Below are positions 36,910 to 48,483 of a DNA stretch of 64,000 nucleotides, one piece after another. The notes below the pieces were generated by a model. The model was given only the letters and a program-made list of their open reading frames with translations, had not been told where the DNA came from and made no database searches. The DNA lies in the NCBI GenBank assembly GCA_951406725.2, contig OX597833.1, forward strand, positions 21,824,001 through 21,888,000. The letters are read 5' to 3'. The stretch is from Octopus vulgaris (lineage: Eukaryota). The first letter of the stretch is position 1, and each line of letters opens with the position of its first letter. Position numbers and translations under genes: made by a program.

Positions 36910-37006
36910 CCTATAAAACTTTGAATATCACAACTGTTATCTGCTTATTATTATTATTATTATTATTATTACAACACATAGAGACACACACATTCAACTC
37001 ATATTC

Positions 37007-37458
37007 TCTTTTTTCTCTTTTACTTGTTTCAGTCATTTGACTGCGGCTTTGCTGGAGCACCACCTTTAGTCGAGCAAATCGACCCCAGGACTTATTCTTT
37101 GTAAGCCTAGTACTTATTCTACCGGTCTCTTTTGCCGAATCGCTAAGTTACGGGGATGTAAACACACCAGCACCGGTTGTCAAGCGATGTTGCGGAGATA
37201 AACATAGACTCACACACACACACACACACACACATATACATACATACATACATACATACATACATACATACATACATACATACATACATACATACGACAG
37301 GCTTCTTTCAGTTTCTGTCTACCAAATTCACTCAGAAGGCTTTGGTCGGCCCGAGGCTATAGTAGAAGACACTTGTCCAAGGTGCCACGCAGTGGGAATG
37401 AACCCGGAACCATGTGGTTGGTAAGCAAGCTACTTAGCACACAGCCACTCCTGCGCCA
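37007..37458 (-). mobile_element. SINE-C full length with internal (CATA)n
   Basis: Matches consensus. Confidence 0.92.
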
Positions 37459-37748
37459 TATATATTAATGAATTAATGAATGATAAGTGAACAGGAATTT
37501 CGTAATCAACATCATTAACTTATAGCTGTTTCCGTTATAAAAAGCGGAGCACTTAGCGAACTGAGTGCCTTTGCAACATCTTATAGCTTACTCGGAGCCA
37601 TTACAATGGAATATATACACAACTATGTCTGGAAATGCAATACAAAATTAAACACACACGCGCGCGCACATGTATGTATGTATGTATGTATGCATGCATG
37701 CATGCATGCATGTATGTATGTATGTATGTATGTATGTATGTATGTATG

Positions 37749-38084
37749 TCCAGTAAAGCTGGACTCGAGAGTTATCTTTGTAGTCATAAAACGAGACAGA
37801 TGAGTGACAACCTGGCCACTGGTGGTGGTGTTACACACCATACTAATCATATCTGTCGGACATGTGGAAGGGAGTGTAATTCGGCGGGAGGACTTAAACG
37901 ACATGCAAAGGTACATGAAGCCCAGTTACAACTACAGCCGGCTATTACCGGTAAAGGTTTTAGTTGCCAATTCTGTACAAGACATTGTAGATCTTTAGCT
38001 GGGCTAAAAAGTCACATTCGATCACAGCACCAGTAACAGTTAAGCTTTGTGCAATGGCCATACTCGATAACGAGGGGGCAGCCA

Positions 38085-38087
<3 letters not shown>
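37749..38087 (+). mobile_element. LINE (probably RTE) 3' end encoding tandem C2H2 zinc fingers
   Basis: Open frame SKAGLESYLCSH...CRTCGRECNSAGGLKRHAKVH...CQFCTRHCRSLAGLKSHIRSQHQ* (stop ends 38036). 3' UTR CCATACTCGATAACGAGGGGGCAGCCA parallels CCATCATCCTCGACCTTGAGGGATTGCCA of the RTE at 33319. Microsatellites on both sides. Confidence 0.75.
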
Positions 38088-38134
<47 letters not shown>

Positions 38135-38171
38135 ATGTATGTATGTATGTATGTATGTATGTATGTATGTA

Positions 38172-38209
<38 letters not shown>

Positions 38210-38249
38210 CGTGTGTGTGTTTAGCGTAAGGATAGAATAGAAATCCAAA

Positions 38250-39175
38250 TCTCAGTGCTCATCCCCACCTATTCACCATAGTCCTGCAGGTCACCACGAC
38301 TGGCTGTCATAGGGAACTCCTATACGCCGATGATCTAATTCAGACCGTAAATTAGAGGGGAAATTCTAGACATGGAAATTAGACCGAAAACCGAAAATTA
38401 GCAAAGATGAAAGTTTTAAGATAGAAGACACCACTAACATATATTTAGGGAAATAGTCTTGGTCAGTATGCAGAAAAGAAGAAAATATAAACCCCATATG
38501 CTTGTACACAATGTAAGTTATGAACACACAAGAGATGGAGTGGAATCACAAACGAACTAACAGACAACATAAGCTTCGTATGTGATAGATGCACTGCAGT
38601 GGTACGTTCTTTGAGCACACTGGAAATAGATTCTCTTAAATGCTTTGCTTGCTCACAAGTAGTCGATAGCTTTTGTTACCTAAGAGATGTAACAAGCAAA
38701 GGAAATGGTTGCTCCGAAAGTATTGCAGCCAAGGTAGGAAAGGGTTGAAGAGAGTTCAGGAAGCTACCACCACTGCCGGCGACAAAAATCTTTCAACTCA
38801 GAGTGAATGGAAGATGATACGTCTGCGATGTTGCATGGTAGTGAGACATGAGTCTTGAATGCAGAGGACTAGACAAAATGTAGAAAAGAAGTGAAGCTAG
38901 AATGCTCTGTTGAATACACAATGTAAATATGTAAATGAAAAAACAAAACTGGGTATAAAAGGAATCAGATGGAGTATGGAAGAAAGAAACCGGTATGGAC
39001 GTGTGATGCGTATGGACAGGGACAACTATATTAAAAAGTGCCGGTCGCTTCACGTAGAACGTTTGCAAATGCAGCAAACCTAAGAAGACATAGAACGAAG
39101 TGGGGAAGGCTGATCTCAAGATCTTGAAATTCACAGAGGGGATGACAAAGGACCTGAATGACCGGAGATATGAAA
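38250..39175 (+). pseudogene. Decayed RTE-like LINE with a Cys/His (PHD-like) insert between RT motifs
   Basis: ELLYADDL at 38314-38337; SVCRK..CTQCKL*THKRWSGI..FVCDRC at ~38463-38592; VVDSFCYL at ~38659-38682; many stops and frameshifts. Confidence 0.8.
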
Positions 39176-39400
39176 GTGTGTATACATAAACACACACACA
39201 ATGACAGTAAGAGAGAGACGGGTGAGAAGGCATATATGGTATTTACTTATAAGTAAATACCATATTAAAAAAACAAAAAAACAAAAGCAATGTCAATGTC
39301 AAATGCGCTACGTTTAGAATAGCGTGTTCGCACTCGTATTCAGCTAACAGGAGGAAACGACCGAGGGCGGTGATTCTCCGACTGTATGTTTGCATATGCT

Positions 39401-39440
<40 letters not shown>

Positions 39441-39679
39441 GCTTTAGTTATTTCCTTTTGCATTTAAAGCTTGACATATTGTATATTTGCTTGTCATTTT
39501 TACAACTATTTTCTCGTCAGTAGGTGTGTATATGTGTGTGCATGGTTTGCGAGTGTGTGTATGTGTGTGCCCATTCCTGACCGATGCATGACTTCACCAG
39601 TGATAGTAATACAAAGTATGTAAATGAAATGGGTGTGTGCCATTCTAATTTTAGCTCTTAATATATATAATATATACAT

Positions 39680-40085
39680 ATGGCTGTGTGGTAAGTAGCT
39701 TGTTTACCAACCACATGGTTCCGGGTTCAGTCCCACTGCGTGGCATCTTGGGCAAGTGCCTTCTGCTATAGCCTCGGGTCGACCAAAGCCTTGTGAGTGG
39801 ATTTGGTAGACGGAAACTGAAAGAAGCCAGTCGTATATATGTATATATATATGTGTGTGTGTGTGTATATGTTTGTGTGTCTGTGTTTGCCCCCCCCCCC
39901 CCACCATCGCTTGACAACCGATGCTGGTGTTTACGTCCCCGTTACTTAGCGGTTCGGCAAAAGAGACCGATAGAATAAGTACTGGGCTTACAAAGAATAA
40001 ATCCCGGGGTCGAGTTGCTCGATTAAAGGCGGTGCTCCAGCATGGCCGCAGTCAAATGACTGAAACAAGTAAAAGAGTAAAAGAG
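39680..40085 (+). mobile_element. SINE-C
   Basis: Matches consensus. Confidence 0.92.
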
Positions 40086-40139
<54 letters not shown>

Positions 40140-40142
<3 letters not shown>

Positions 40143-40294
40143 CGTAGGAGTGGCTGTGTGGTAAGTAGCTTGCTTACCAACCACATGGTTCTGTGTTCAG
40201 TCCACTGCGTGGCACCTTGGGCAAGTGTCTACTTCTTGGGCCAACCAAAGCCTTGTGAGTGGATTTGGTAGACGGAAACTGAAAGAATCGTGTC

Positions 40295-40351
<57 letters not shown>

Positions 40352-40540
40352 TGTGTGTCTGTGTTTGTCCCCCAGCATCGCTTGACAACCGATACTGGTG
40401 TGTTTACGTTCCCGTAACTTAATGGTTCGGCAAAAGAGACTAGGTTTATAAAGAATAAGTCCTGAGGTCGATTTGCTCGACTAAAGGCGGTGCTCCAGCA
40501 GGGCCACAGTCAAATGATTGAAATAAGTAAAAAAAAAAAA
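40140..40540 (+). mobile_element. SINE-C, tandem to the previous copy
   Basis: Matches consensus with small deletions. Confidence 0.9.
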
Positions 40541-40617
40541 GATATATATTTATAAAGGCAAAGAGAGAAAAATAGATAGATAGAGAGAGAGGGAGAGGGT
40601 GACAGACAAACTGATAG

Positions 40618-40619
40618 GG

Positions 40620-40698
<79 letters not shown>

Positions 40699-40721
40699 GC
40701 GAGAGAGAGAGAGAGCGAGAG

Positions 40722-40780
<59 letters not shown>
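40618..40780. repeat. (GATA)n-(GA)n microsatellite
   Basis: Seen directly. Confidence 0.95.
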
Positions 40781-40781
<1 letters not shown>

Positions 40782-41126
40782 TGTGATTGTTGTATAAAGC
40801 ATGGTTGACACCGAAAGCATTAACGTATCATGCCTTTAAAGCTATTCATACACAGCGTGTCATAAGAATGTTTACTTTTTCACGGTGAGGTTTAAATTGC
40901 TTGTTTATGAAAACGTATTATTTTGCATTTCTAATTATTAAAACAAAACAAACAAAAAAAAACCCAGAAAAAGAAACTAATGCGCAGTGCACAGTGAATT
41001 AATTTTTAATCAATTAAGTAATTGATTGGTTAATTAATCAATTTTGACAATGTATGTACTGCTATGTAATTTAGAATGACCGGTTAAATTGATTTCTCGT
41101 TTGTGTACGTTTATAAATAATGATTC

Positions 41127-41404
41127 GGCGATCTTTCGTCTCTAGTAGACCTTTCCGTCGATTTCCGTAAAAAAACATTTTTTTTTTACATATGGGCTTG
41201 CGGGAACTTTTGAAGTAATGAGAGCGAAAGAGACTAAGAGAAATCGATTGTATGACGAGGGAAGTTCTTTTGAAGTTACCCTGCATGGGAAACATTGATG
41301 TACATGTGTGTGTGAACTTCAAAAGTTCCCGCAAGCCCATATGTAAAAAAAAAATGTTTTTTACGGAAATCGACGGAAAGGTCTACTAGAGACGAAAGAT
41401 TGCC
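41127..41404. mobile_element. Young Merlin-like MITE (278 bp)
   Basis: ~90-bp near-perfect TIRs (41127-41216 / 41316-41404), GG..CC termini, perfect 8-bp TSD AATGATTC (41119-41126, 41405-41412). Confidence 0.88.
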
Positions 41405-41631
41405 AATGATTCGATAGAAGTTGGGTATACTTTCTCTGACGAAGATCTCACAAGAGCAGAATTTAGAACGACCCCACATACGGCGAAACAATTCCTTTGG
41501 CGCTTCTCCACAGAGTGAAAATTTAACTGTTTAAAAGTTACGGCTTACATTTCAAACGTATATCTGTGCGTGCGCGCATGTATCTATTTATCTATCTATC
41601 TATTTATCTAACTATCTATATATATATATAT

Positions 41632-41842
41632 AGGCGTGGATGTGTGGAAAGAAACTTGCTTCCCAACCACATGGTTCCGGGTTCAGTCCCACCGCGTGGC
41701 ACCCTGAGCAAATGTCTTTTACTATAGCCTTGGGTCGACCAAAGTCTTATGTGTGGATCTCGAGCCCCGGCTTCACGGGGGCCGGTAGGACGGTTTCGGT
41801 TTTGGTTACCCTCGTACAAGAGGGCATGCGCGAGGTGGGTGA

Positions 41843-41891
<49 letters not shown>

Positions 41892-42087
41892 TACATATCT
41901 GTGTTTGTCCCCCATCGCTTGATAACCGGTGTTGGTGTGTTTATGTCCTCCTAATCTAGCGGTTCGGCAAATTAAAACGATAGAATAAGTCCTGGAGTCG
42001 ATTTGTTCGACTAAAAATAAAATCCTTCAAGGCGATGCTCCAGCATGGCCGCAGTCAAATAAAATGACTGAAACGAGAATAAAAGAA
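41632..42087 (+). mobile_element. SINE-C with a GC-rich replacement at ~41759-41845
   Basis: Matches consensus on both sides. Confidence 0.85.
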
Positions 42088-42464
42088 TTTGCTGACGTCA
42101 TAAGAATTCGTAAACGTTTGAGAGAACGTGAAATATTTCTTTTATTATCATTTTTTTTTTTGTTTTGTTTGGTAGGATGAGGTGGAGTAGATCTCAAGAC
42201 ACTTAAAGCTAGAAATACCAGCAAGTAAATAGCGAGTTAAAAATCCGTTTAGGAAAGGAAATGTCGAAGGCTGCCCGTCGACGGCTGTCATGTGTACAGG
42301 AAATGTGAGTTCGTGTCCTGCAGGCAGCCTTTGGCTTTTTCTATTTAAAAGGGTGATGCAACCCACTATTTACATGCTATTATTTACAGCTTTATGTGCT
42401 TCGAGAAGCACTGCTCTCTATACGTGTATGCGAACGTGTGTGCTGTTTGGTATTTGATATACCT

Positions 42465-42697
42465 ATTTCTTTATTACCCACAAGGGGCTAAACATAGAGG
42501 GGACAAACAAGGACAGACATAGGTATTAAGTCGATTATATCGACCCCAGTGTGTAACTGGTACTTAATTTATCGACCCCGAAAGGATGAAAGGCAAAGTC
42601 GACCTCGGCGGAATTTGAACTGACAACGTAACGGGAGACGAAATACCGCTAAGCATTTCGCCCGACGTGCTAACGTTTCTGCCAGCTCTCCGCCTTA
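42465..42697 (-). mobile_element. SINE-B monomer, full length
   Basis: 14-bp TSD TATTTGATATACCT at 42451-42464 and 42698-42711. Confidence 0.93.
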
Positions 42698-43077
42698 TAT
42701 TTGATATACCTGCTTTTATCTATGCTGCTCATATGCATACCACCGGCCACTGAGTTATTTCTTTCTCTTCATTTTTGTTTAAATAATGCAAATTACCTTG
42801 TTATAGATGTGTTCAACTCGTTTTGTACAAACCTATGTCCTTTGGATACTGGAGAAAAAAGACGATTGTCGTGCTGGCGAAGGAAAAATGCCCGAAACAT
42901 CAAAATTTACTTTTTGCATTCTCTGAGCGTTAAACTTATAAGATTGGCCACGAACTCATCTCGTCTTTTTTCGTTCTTTTTGTTACGCTGTCTGTCAAAC
43001 TCTCTACACCTACAAACACACGAACACAGGCATTTGAATCACAGTTAAGTTTACATACACTCACACATACACACAAC

Positions 43078-43306
43078 TTCTTCATCTTTCACTTGTTTCA
43101 GCCATTAGACTGCGGCCATGCTGGGGCACCGCCTTAAATCTTTAGTCGAATGTATCGACTCCACTACGGCAGTACCCTTTTTTTTTATAAGTCTGATACT
43201 TATGCCATCAGTAACTTTTGCCGAACCGCTAAGTTATGAGGACATAAACACTAGCACTGGTTGTCAAGCGGGAGGGGGGGAGAAACAGACACAAAGACAT
43301 ACACGT

Positions 43307-43355
<49 letters not shown>

Positions 43356-43414
43356 ATCGCTTGACAACCGGTGCTAGTGTGTTTGCGTCCTCATAACTTA
43401 GCGGTTCGGCAAAA

Positions 43415-43472
<58 letters not shown>

Positions 43473-43578
43473 ACACACACGACGGGCTTCTTTCAGTTTC
43501 TGTCTACCAAATCCACTCACAAGGCTTTGGTCGGCCCGAGGCTATAAAAGACACTTGCCCAAGGTGTCACGCAGTGGA
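43078..43578 (-). mobile_element. SINE-C containing an inverted copy of its own segment
   Basis: 43354-43415 is the reverse complement of ~43215-43275. Confidence 0.85.
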
Positions 43579-43599
43579 TACACATACATAGAGAGTAAA

Positions 43600-44280
43600 A
43601 CACATATATACGTACATACATATACACACTTTATTTATATACATATATACGAAGATTTTAAAAGTTTCCAAGTAACAAATACATGATAATATTATGTTTA
43701 TATAAAAAAAAGTATTTTTACTTTCTTTATAAACACATGAACCTTATATACGGAAAATAGTTGCAGAAAATGTATTACACACACGCATTATATATATACT
43801 TAATTACTAGACACCGGAAAATATTTATTGTAACAGTTACAGAAAAGAGTTATCGTAAATCATAACGTATTTTATATGCATATATGCCGGTAGACATATA
43901 AAATAGCTATATAATAAAATAGAACTTAAGAAAACAGCTACTGCTATAGTAAAGCATATCACACACACACACACGCACACACACGCTTAGACGCACTGAA
44001 AGTAGTTATAGTAAAAATATATATATACACACTTTATGGACATATATGTACAAAACTCGCATACGTTATATATAGTAAACATACGCAACGAGAAAACTTG
44101 TACACACAAACACACACACATACATGATATAAAAATATAGCGTGTTTTTACAAAAGCTATTTCCTGTGTACATATATGTGTGTGTATGTAAAGAACGTGT
44201 GTGTTTACAAGAACTATTTTGTAGAAGCAGTTTATAGTAAAAATACTCTACGCACACATACAGTATACATAGAAAAATAC

Positions 44281-44323
<43 letters not shown>

Positions 44324-45300
44324 CTCTTTCTCTTTCTCTCACTCTCTCTACGCTCACACACCATAGGAATTTTATATACACATACAAACTGGTGTTTTTA
44401 AAAATAGTTATAGTAAAAAATACACACACGCGCGCAGACATACAATACTATACACACGCATACAAATTTATACAGACGCTTAGAAAACACACATACACAG
44501 GCAAAATTTATATGCATAGAAAATAATTATCAGAAATATACATGTACAAAGTTTCTGACACTTAGATAATAGTAATTTTATTAAAAAATACACACACACA
44601 CTCACTAGACACCACGTATAAAAACTTTTAGACGCATACATACATACATAGATACATACATACATACATTCTCAGACACCGAGAAAAGTTATTGTACAGG
44701 CGCAGGAGTGGCTGTGGGGTAAGTAGCTTGCTTACCAACCACATGCTTCCAGGTTCAGTCCCACCGAGTGGCACATTGGGCAAGTGTCTTCTACTATAGT
44801 GTCTTCTACATATATGTATATGTGTGTGTGTGTACGTTTGTGTCTGTGTTTGTACCCCCAACATCACTTGACAACCGATGTTGGTGTGTTTACGTCCCCG
44901 TAACTTAGAATAAGTACTAGGCTTACAAAGAATAAGTCCTGGAGTCGATTTGCTCGACTAAAGGCGGTGCTCCAGCATGGCCACAGACAAATAACTGAAA
45001 TAAGTAAAAGAGTAATACACACACACATACATAGTAAGTACTCAGAAAATACTTATAGTAAAATACACACTCACACACGGATATACCGTATGTACACCAA
45101 CACACACTATGTACACACACGCATACAACTTTATCAGAAGCTCAGGAAATAGTAATATTAAAAATACACATATACGCAAATTTTATCGGCGCAGACAGGA
45201 AAGAGTGATAGTAAAACGTTCGCGTGCGCGCACACACACACTCACGTACAAGGAGACATTTTGAAACCAGCTATTATAGTAAAACAGACACAAAGACGAC
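43600..45300. repeat. Highly degenerate minisatellite-like field with recurring TATAGTAAAA..TACACAC motif
   Basis: Motif at ~43945, 44007, 44233, 44409, 45054, 45209, 45275. Confidence 0.5.
44698..45012 (+). mobile_element. SINE-C with two internal deletions
   Basis: Matches consensus. Confidence 0.88.
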
Positions 45301-45523
45301 AAACAATAACAACAGCAACAATGACTGGGAGAAAGTACTGCAAAAAGGAAACAAATAAATAAATAAAATGTTCAGTACAACAACAGAGTTTGAAGTTTCA
45401 AGTAACAAATAAACATAATAATAATAATAATAACAATAATGATATTGTGTAAAGTTTCTTTTTACTATTATTTATTAGTTGTAGTGGAAATGAAGGACAG
45501 CAGACGATATAAATATTATACAT

Positions 45524-45575
<52 letters not shown>

Positions 45576-45841
45576 GCACACAATATATATATATATATGC
45601 ACACATATTGAGAGACAGACATGCTCATACACTTGAGTAAGACACTCAAAAGACATGCACACACACACATACATAGACATACATGTCGACATACTCAAAT
45701 ACACGCAAACGCAAGATTCCCAACACTATAGACACGCACAGAGAGAAAGGCACATACATACACACACATACCAAAGGCGCAGAGATACGCAAAGTTACGC
45801 ATACATATATATATATATATATATAGTTACAGACGTATACG

Positions 45842-45873
<32 letters not shown>

Positions 45874-46007
45874 GTCACAGGCGTATACGCACACACTGAC
45901 ACATACACAGATCAGAGATGGTTACACACATAGAGACAACCGTATACATATGCACATACACTGACAACACATATAGGCACACACACACATATATTCACGT
46001 ACTGAAA

Positions 46008-46062
<55 letters not shown>

Positions 46063-46288
46063 CACATACGTACATAGATACCTACAGATTTACACACGCG
46101 CGCATAGATCAGAGAGAGAAAGAGACACAGATACAGACTTACATAAATATATATAGAGATACAAACACATACACATACGCAGACTCAGCCGTTCACACAC
46201 ACACACACACACGCACACACACAGCCACAAGTACATAAGTCGGGAGGGGGGGCTAGTTGACATGTGATCAAGTTTCTCGCACTGACCT

Positions 46289-46510
46289 ACTTACCATCGA
46301 CCTCAACAACTCACAGGGAGGGAGAGAGAGAGAGAGAGGGGAAGAAGTGAAAGAAGGAGGGTGAGAGAAAGACAGAGAGAGAGACAGAGAAAGCGAGTGG
46401 GGAGGGAAGGGGGTTGAGTGCATCTCCCCAAAAAGTTTTTACGATAACTACTACTACTACTGTTGCTGCTGATATTGTATAGTAAAACTTGCTGAGGCAC
46501 TCACACTCAA
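46289..46510 (-). other. Possible first exon of a minus-strand gene ending ATG|GTAAGT
   Basis: Minus strand GAGGTCG-ATG (46297-46295) followed by the consensus donor GTAAGT (46294-46289); CT-rich leader upstream; speculative. Confidence 0.3.
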
Positions 46511-46929
46511 ATTAATCCACCACCACCACTACCACCACCACCGCCACTACTACTGTTACTACAGCTGCTGCTGCTACTACTATTATTACTATTGCTACTA
46601 CTACGACTACTACAACTACCAAGCCTTTTAGTTTTGTCTTTGTGTAAACGTGTGTTTGCATGTGTGATATGTACGAAGGGTGAGAAAGTTGGTATGTACG
46701 TGGACGTGTCTATGAGGTGGAAATTTCTGTGTGTGCGTGTTTGTGTGTGTATGTGTGTGCTATGCCGGCAAGACTGTGTGTGTGTATGTGTCTATATAGA
46801 TATGAGGAATATGTGCGTATCTTGGTAAAACTATGAGCGTGTTTGAGTGTTTGTACATAAATGTGTGTGAGGCATATCTGTGTGTGTGTGTGTATCCTTG
46901 CATGTGTATAAATATGTGTTTGTGAACAT

Positions 46930-47070
46930 GTAGCTTGCTAACAAACCACATGGTTCCGGGTTCAGTCCCACTGCGTGGCATCTTGGGCAAGTGTCTTCTG
47001 CTATAGCCCCGGGCCGACCAATGCCTTGTGAGTGGATTTGGTAGACGGAAACTGAAAGAAGCCTGTCGTA

Positions 47071-47131
<61 letters not shown>

Positions 47132-47335
47132 GAGTGTGTGTCTGTTTTTGTCCCCCTAGCATTGCTTGGCAACCGATGCTGGTGTGTTTACGTCCCCGTC
47201 ACTTAGCGGTTCGGCAAAAGAGACCGATTGAATAAGTACTGGGCTTACAAAGAATAAGTCCCGGGGTCGATTTGCTCGACTAAAGGCGGTGCTCCAGCAT
47301 GGCCGCAGTCAAATGACTGAAACAAGAAAAAGAGT
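46930..47335 (+). mobile_element. SINE-C, young
   Basis: Near-identical to 14983-15425. Confidence 0.92.
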
Positions 47336-48142
47336 ATATGTATGCAAAGCCGAAAGAGTGTGTATATGTGTGTGTGTAATTTTGTGAGAAAGACGAGTAT
47401 GTGTAGGTATATGTGAGTGTGTGAGAGAGCGAGGAAGAAATAACGTATATATATTAATTTCGTGAGAAAAACGCGCGTGTGTATACTTGTGAGTGTGTAT
47501 GTGTGAGAGAGAAAGAAAGAAAGAACTTAGACGTGTGTATAATTTCGTGAGAAACGTGTTTGAGCAGTTAATTGTTTGTGTGTAAGTGTGTGTGTGAGTC
47601 TAGTAAGAATGTACGAGAAGAATAAACGAAAGCGACAAAAATATATGTAAAGAGAAAAGCGTATCTTAATCCTGTGAGAAAAAGTGTGTATGTGGCTATT
47701 AATGTCTGTTTATGTTAATGTGTGTGTGTGTGAGAAAGAGAGACAAAGTCAGACGTAACGTACTAAAAGTTTGTGAGAAGCGAGTTGCTTTAGAGTTTGA
47801 GGGATGCGAAATCGAGAAATGGGTATTTCTGAGCAAAAGATGCGCTTAAATGTATAAAGTGTGTCTGTATGTGAAAATCAGTATAAGAAAAAGAGATACT
47901 CAAACAGTTAAGCTAGATTTATTTCGGTTCTGTGTAAACGAAAGTGTAAATATATGTATGTATATATATATATATATAATATATATATTATATTTATGCG
48001 AAAGAGAAACTATATAGCTGTGTTTGTAATAAAGAACAAGACAGACCCTGTCATTATTTGTATATGTGTTAATGTGTGTGAGTGTGTGTATGTGTGAGAA
48101 ATTTGGTAATTGTGTGTGTTGTATATGCCAGCACGAGACATT

Positions 48143-48178
<36 letters not shown>

Positions 48179-48329
48179 TACTAAATTTAGGAGCGTATGT
48201 CAAACCACGTTGTAGATGTAATAATATATATAAGCATGGTCTGTGTGAAACTGAATTGCGTAGCTAAGCATGGTACATACGTCTGCATGCATGTGTGTGT
48301 GTGTGTCTATATATATGCACACACACGTA

Positions 48330-48378
<49 letters not shown>

Positions 48379-48389
48379 GCATATATATA

Positions 48390-48423
<34 letters not shown>

Positions 48424-48483
48424 ACTGCGCGCGTGTGTATGGGTACATAAATATATGTATGTATGTATATATATATGCATATA

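Noticed and set aside
37635-38036. Host C2H2 zinc-finger transcription factor gene
   Set aside because: The ORF start lies in microsatellite-flanking sequence, linkers are not TGEKP-type, and the 3' end resembles an RTE UTR; reinterpreted as a LINE fragment.
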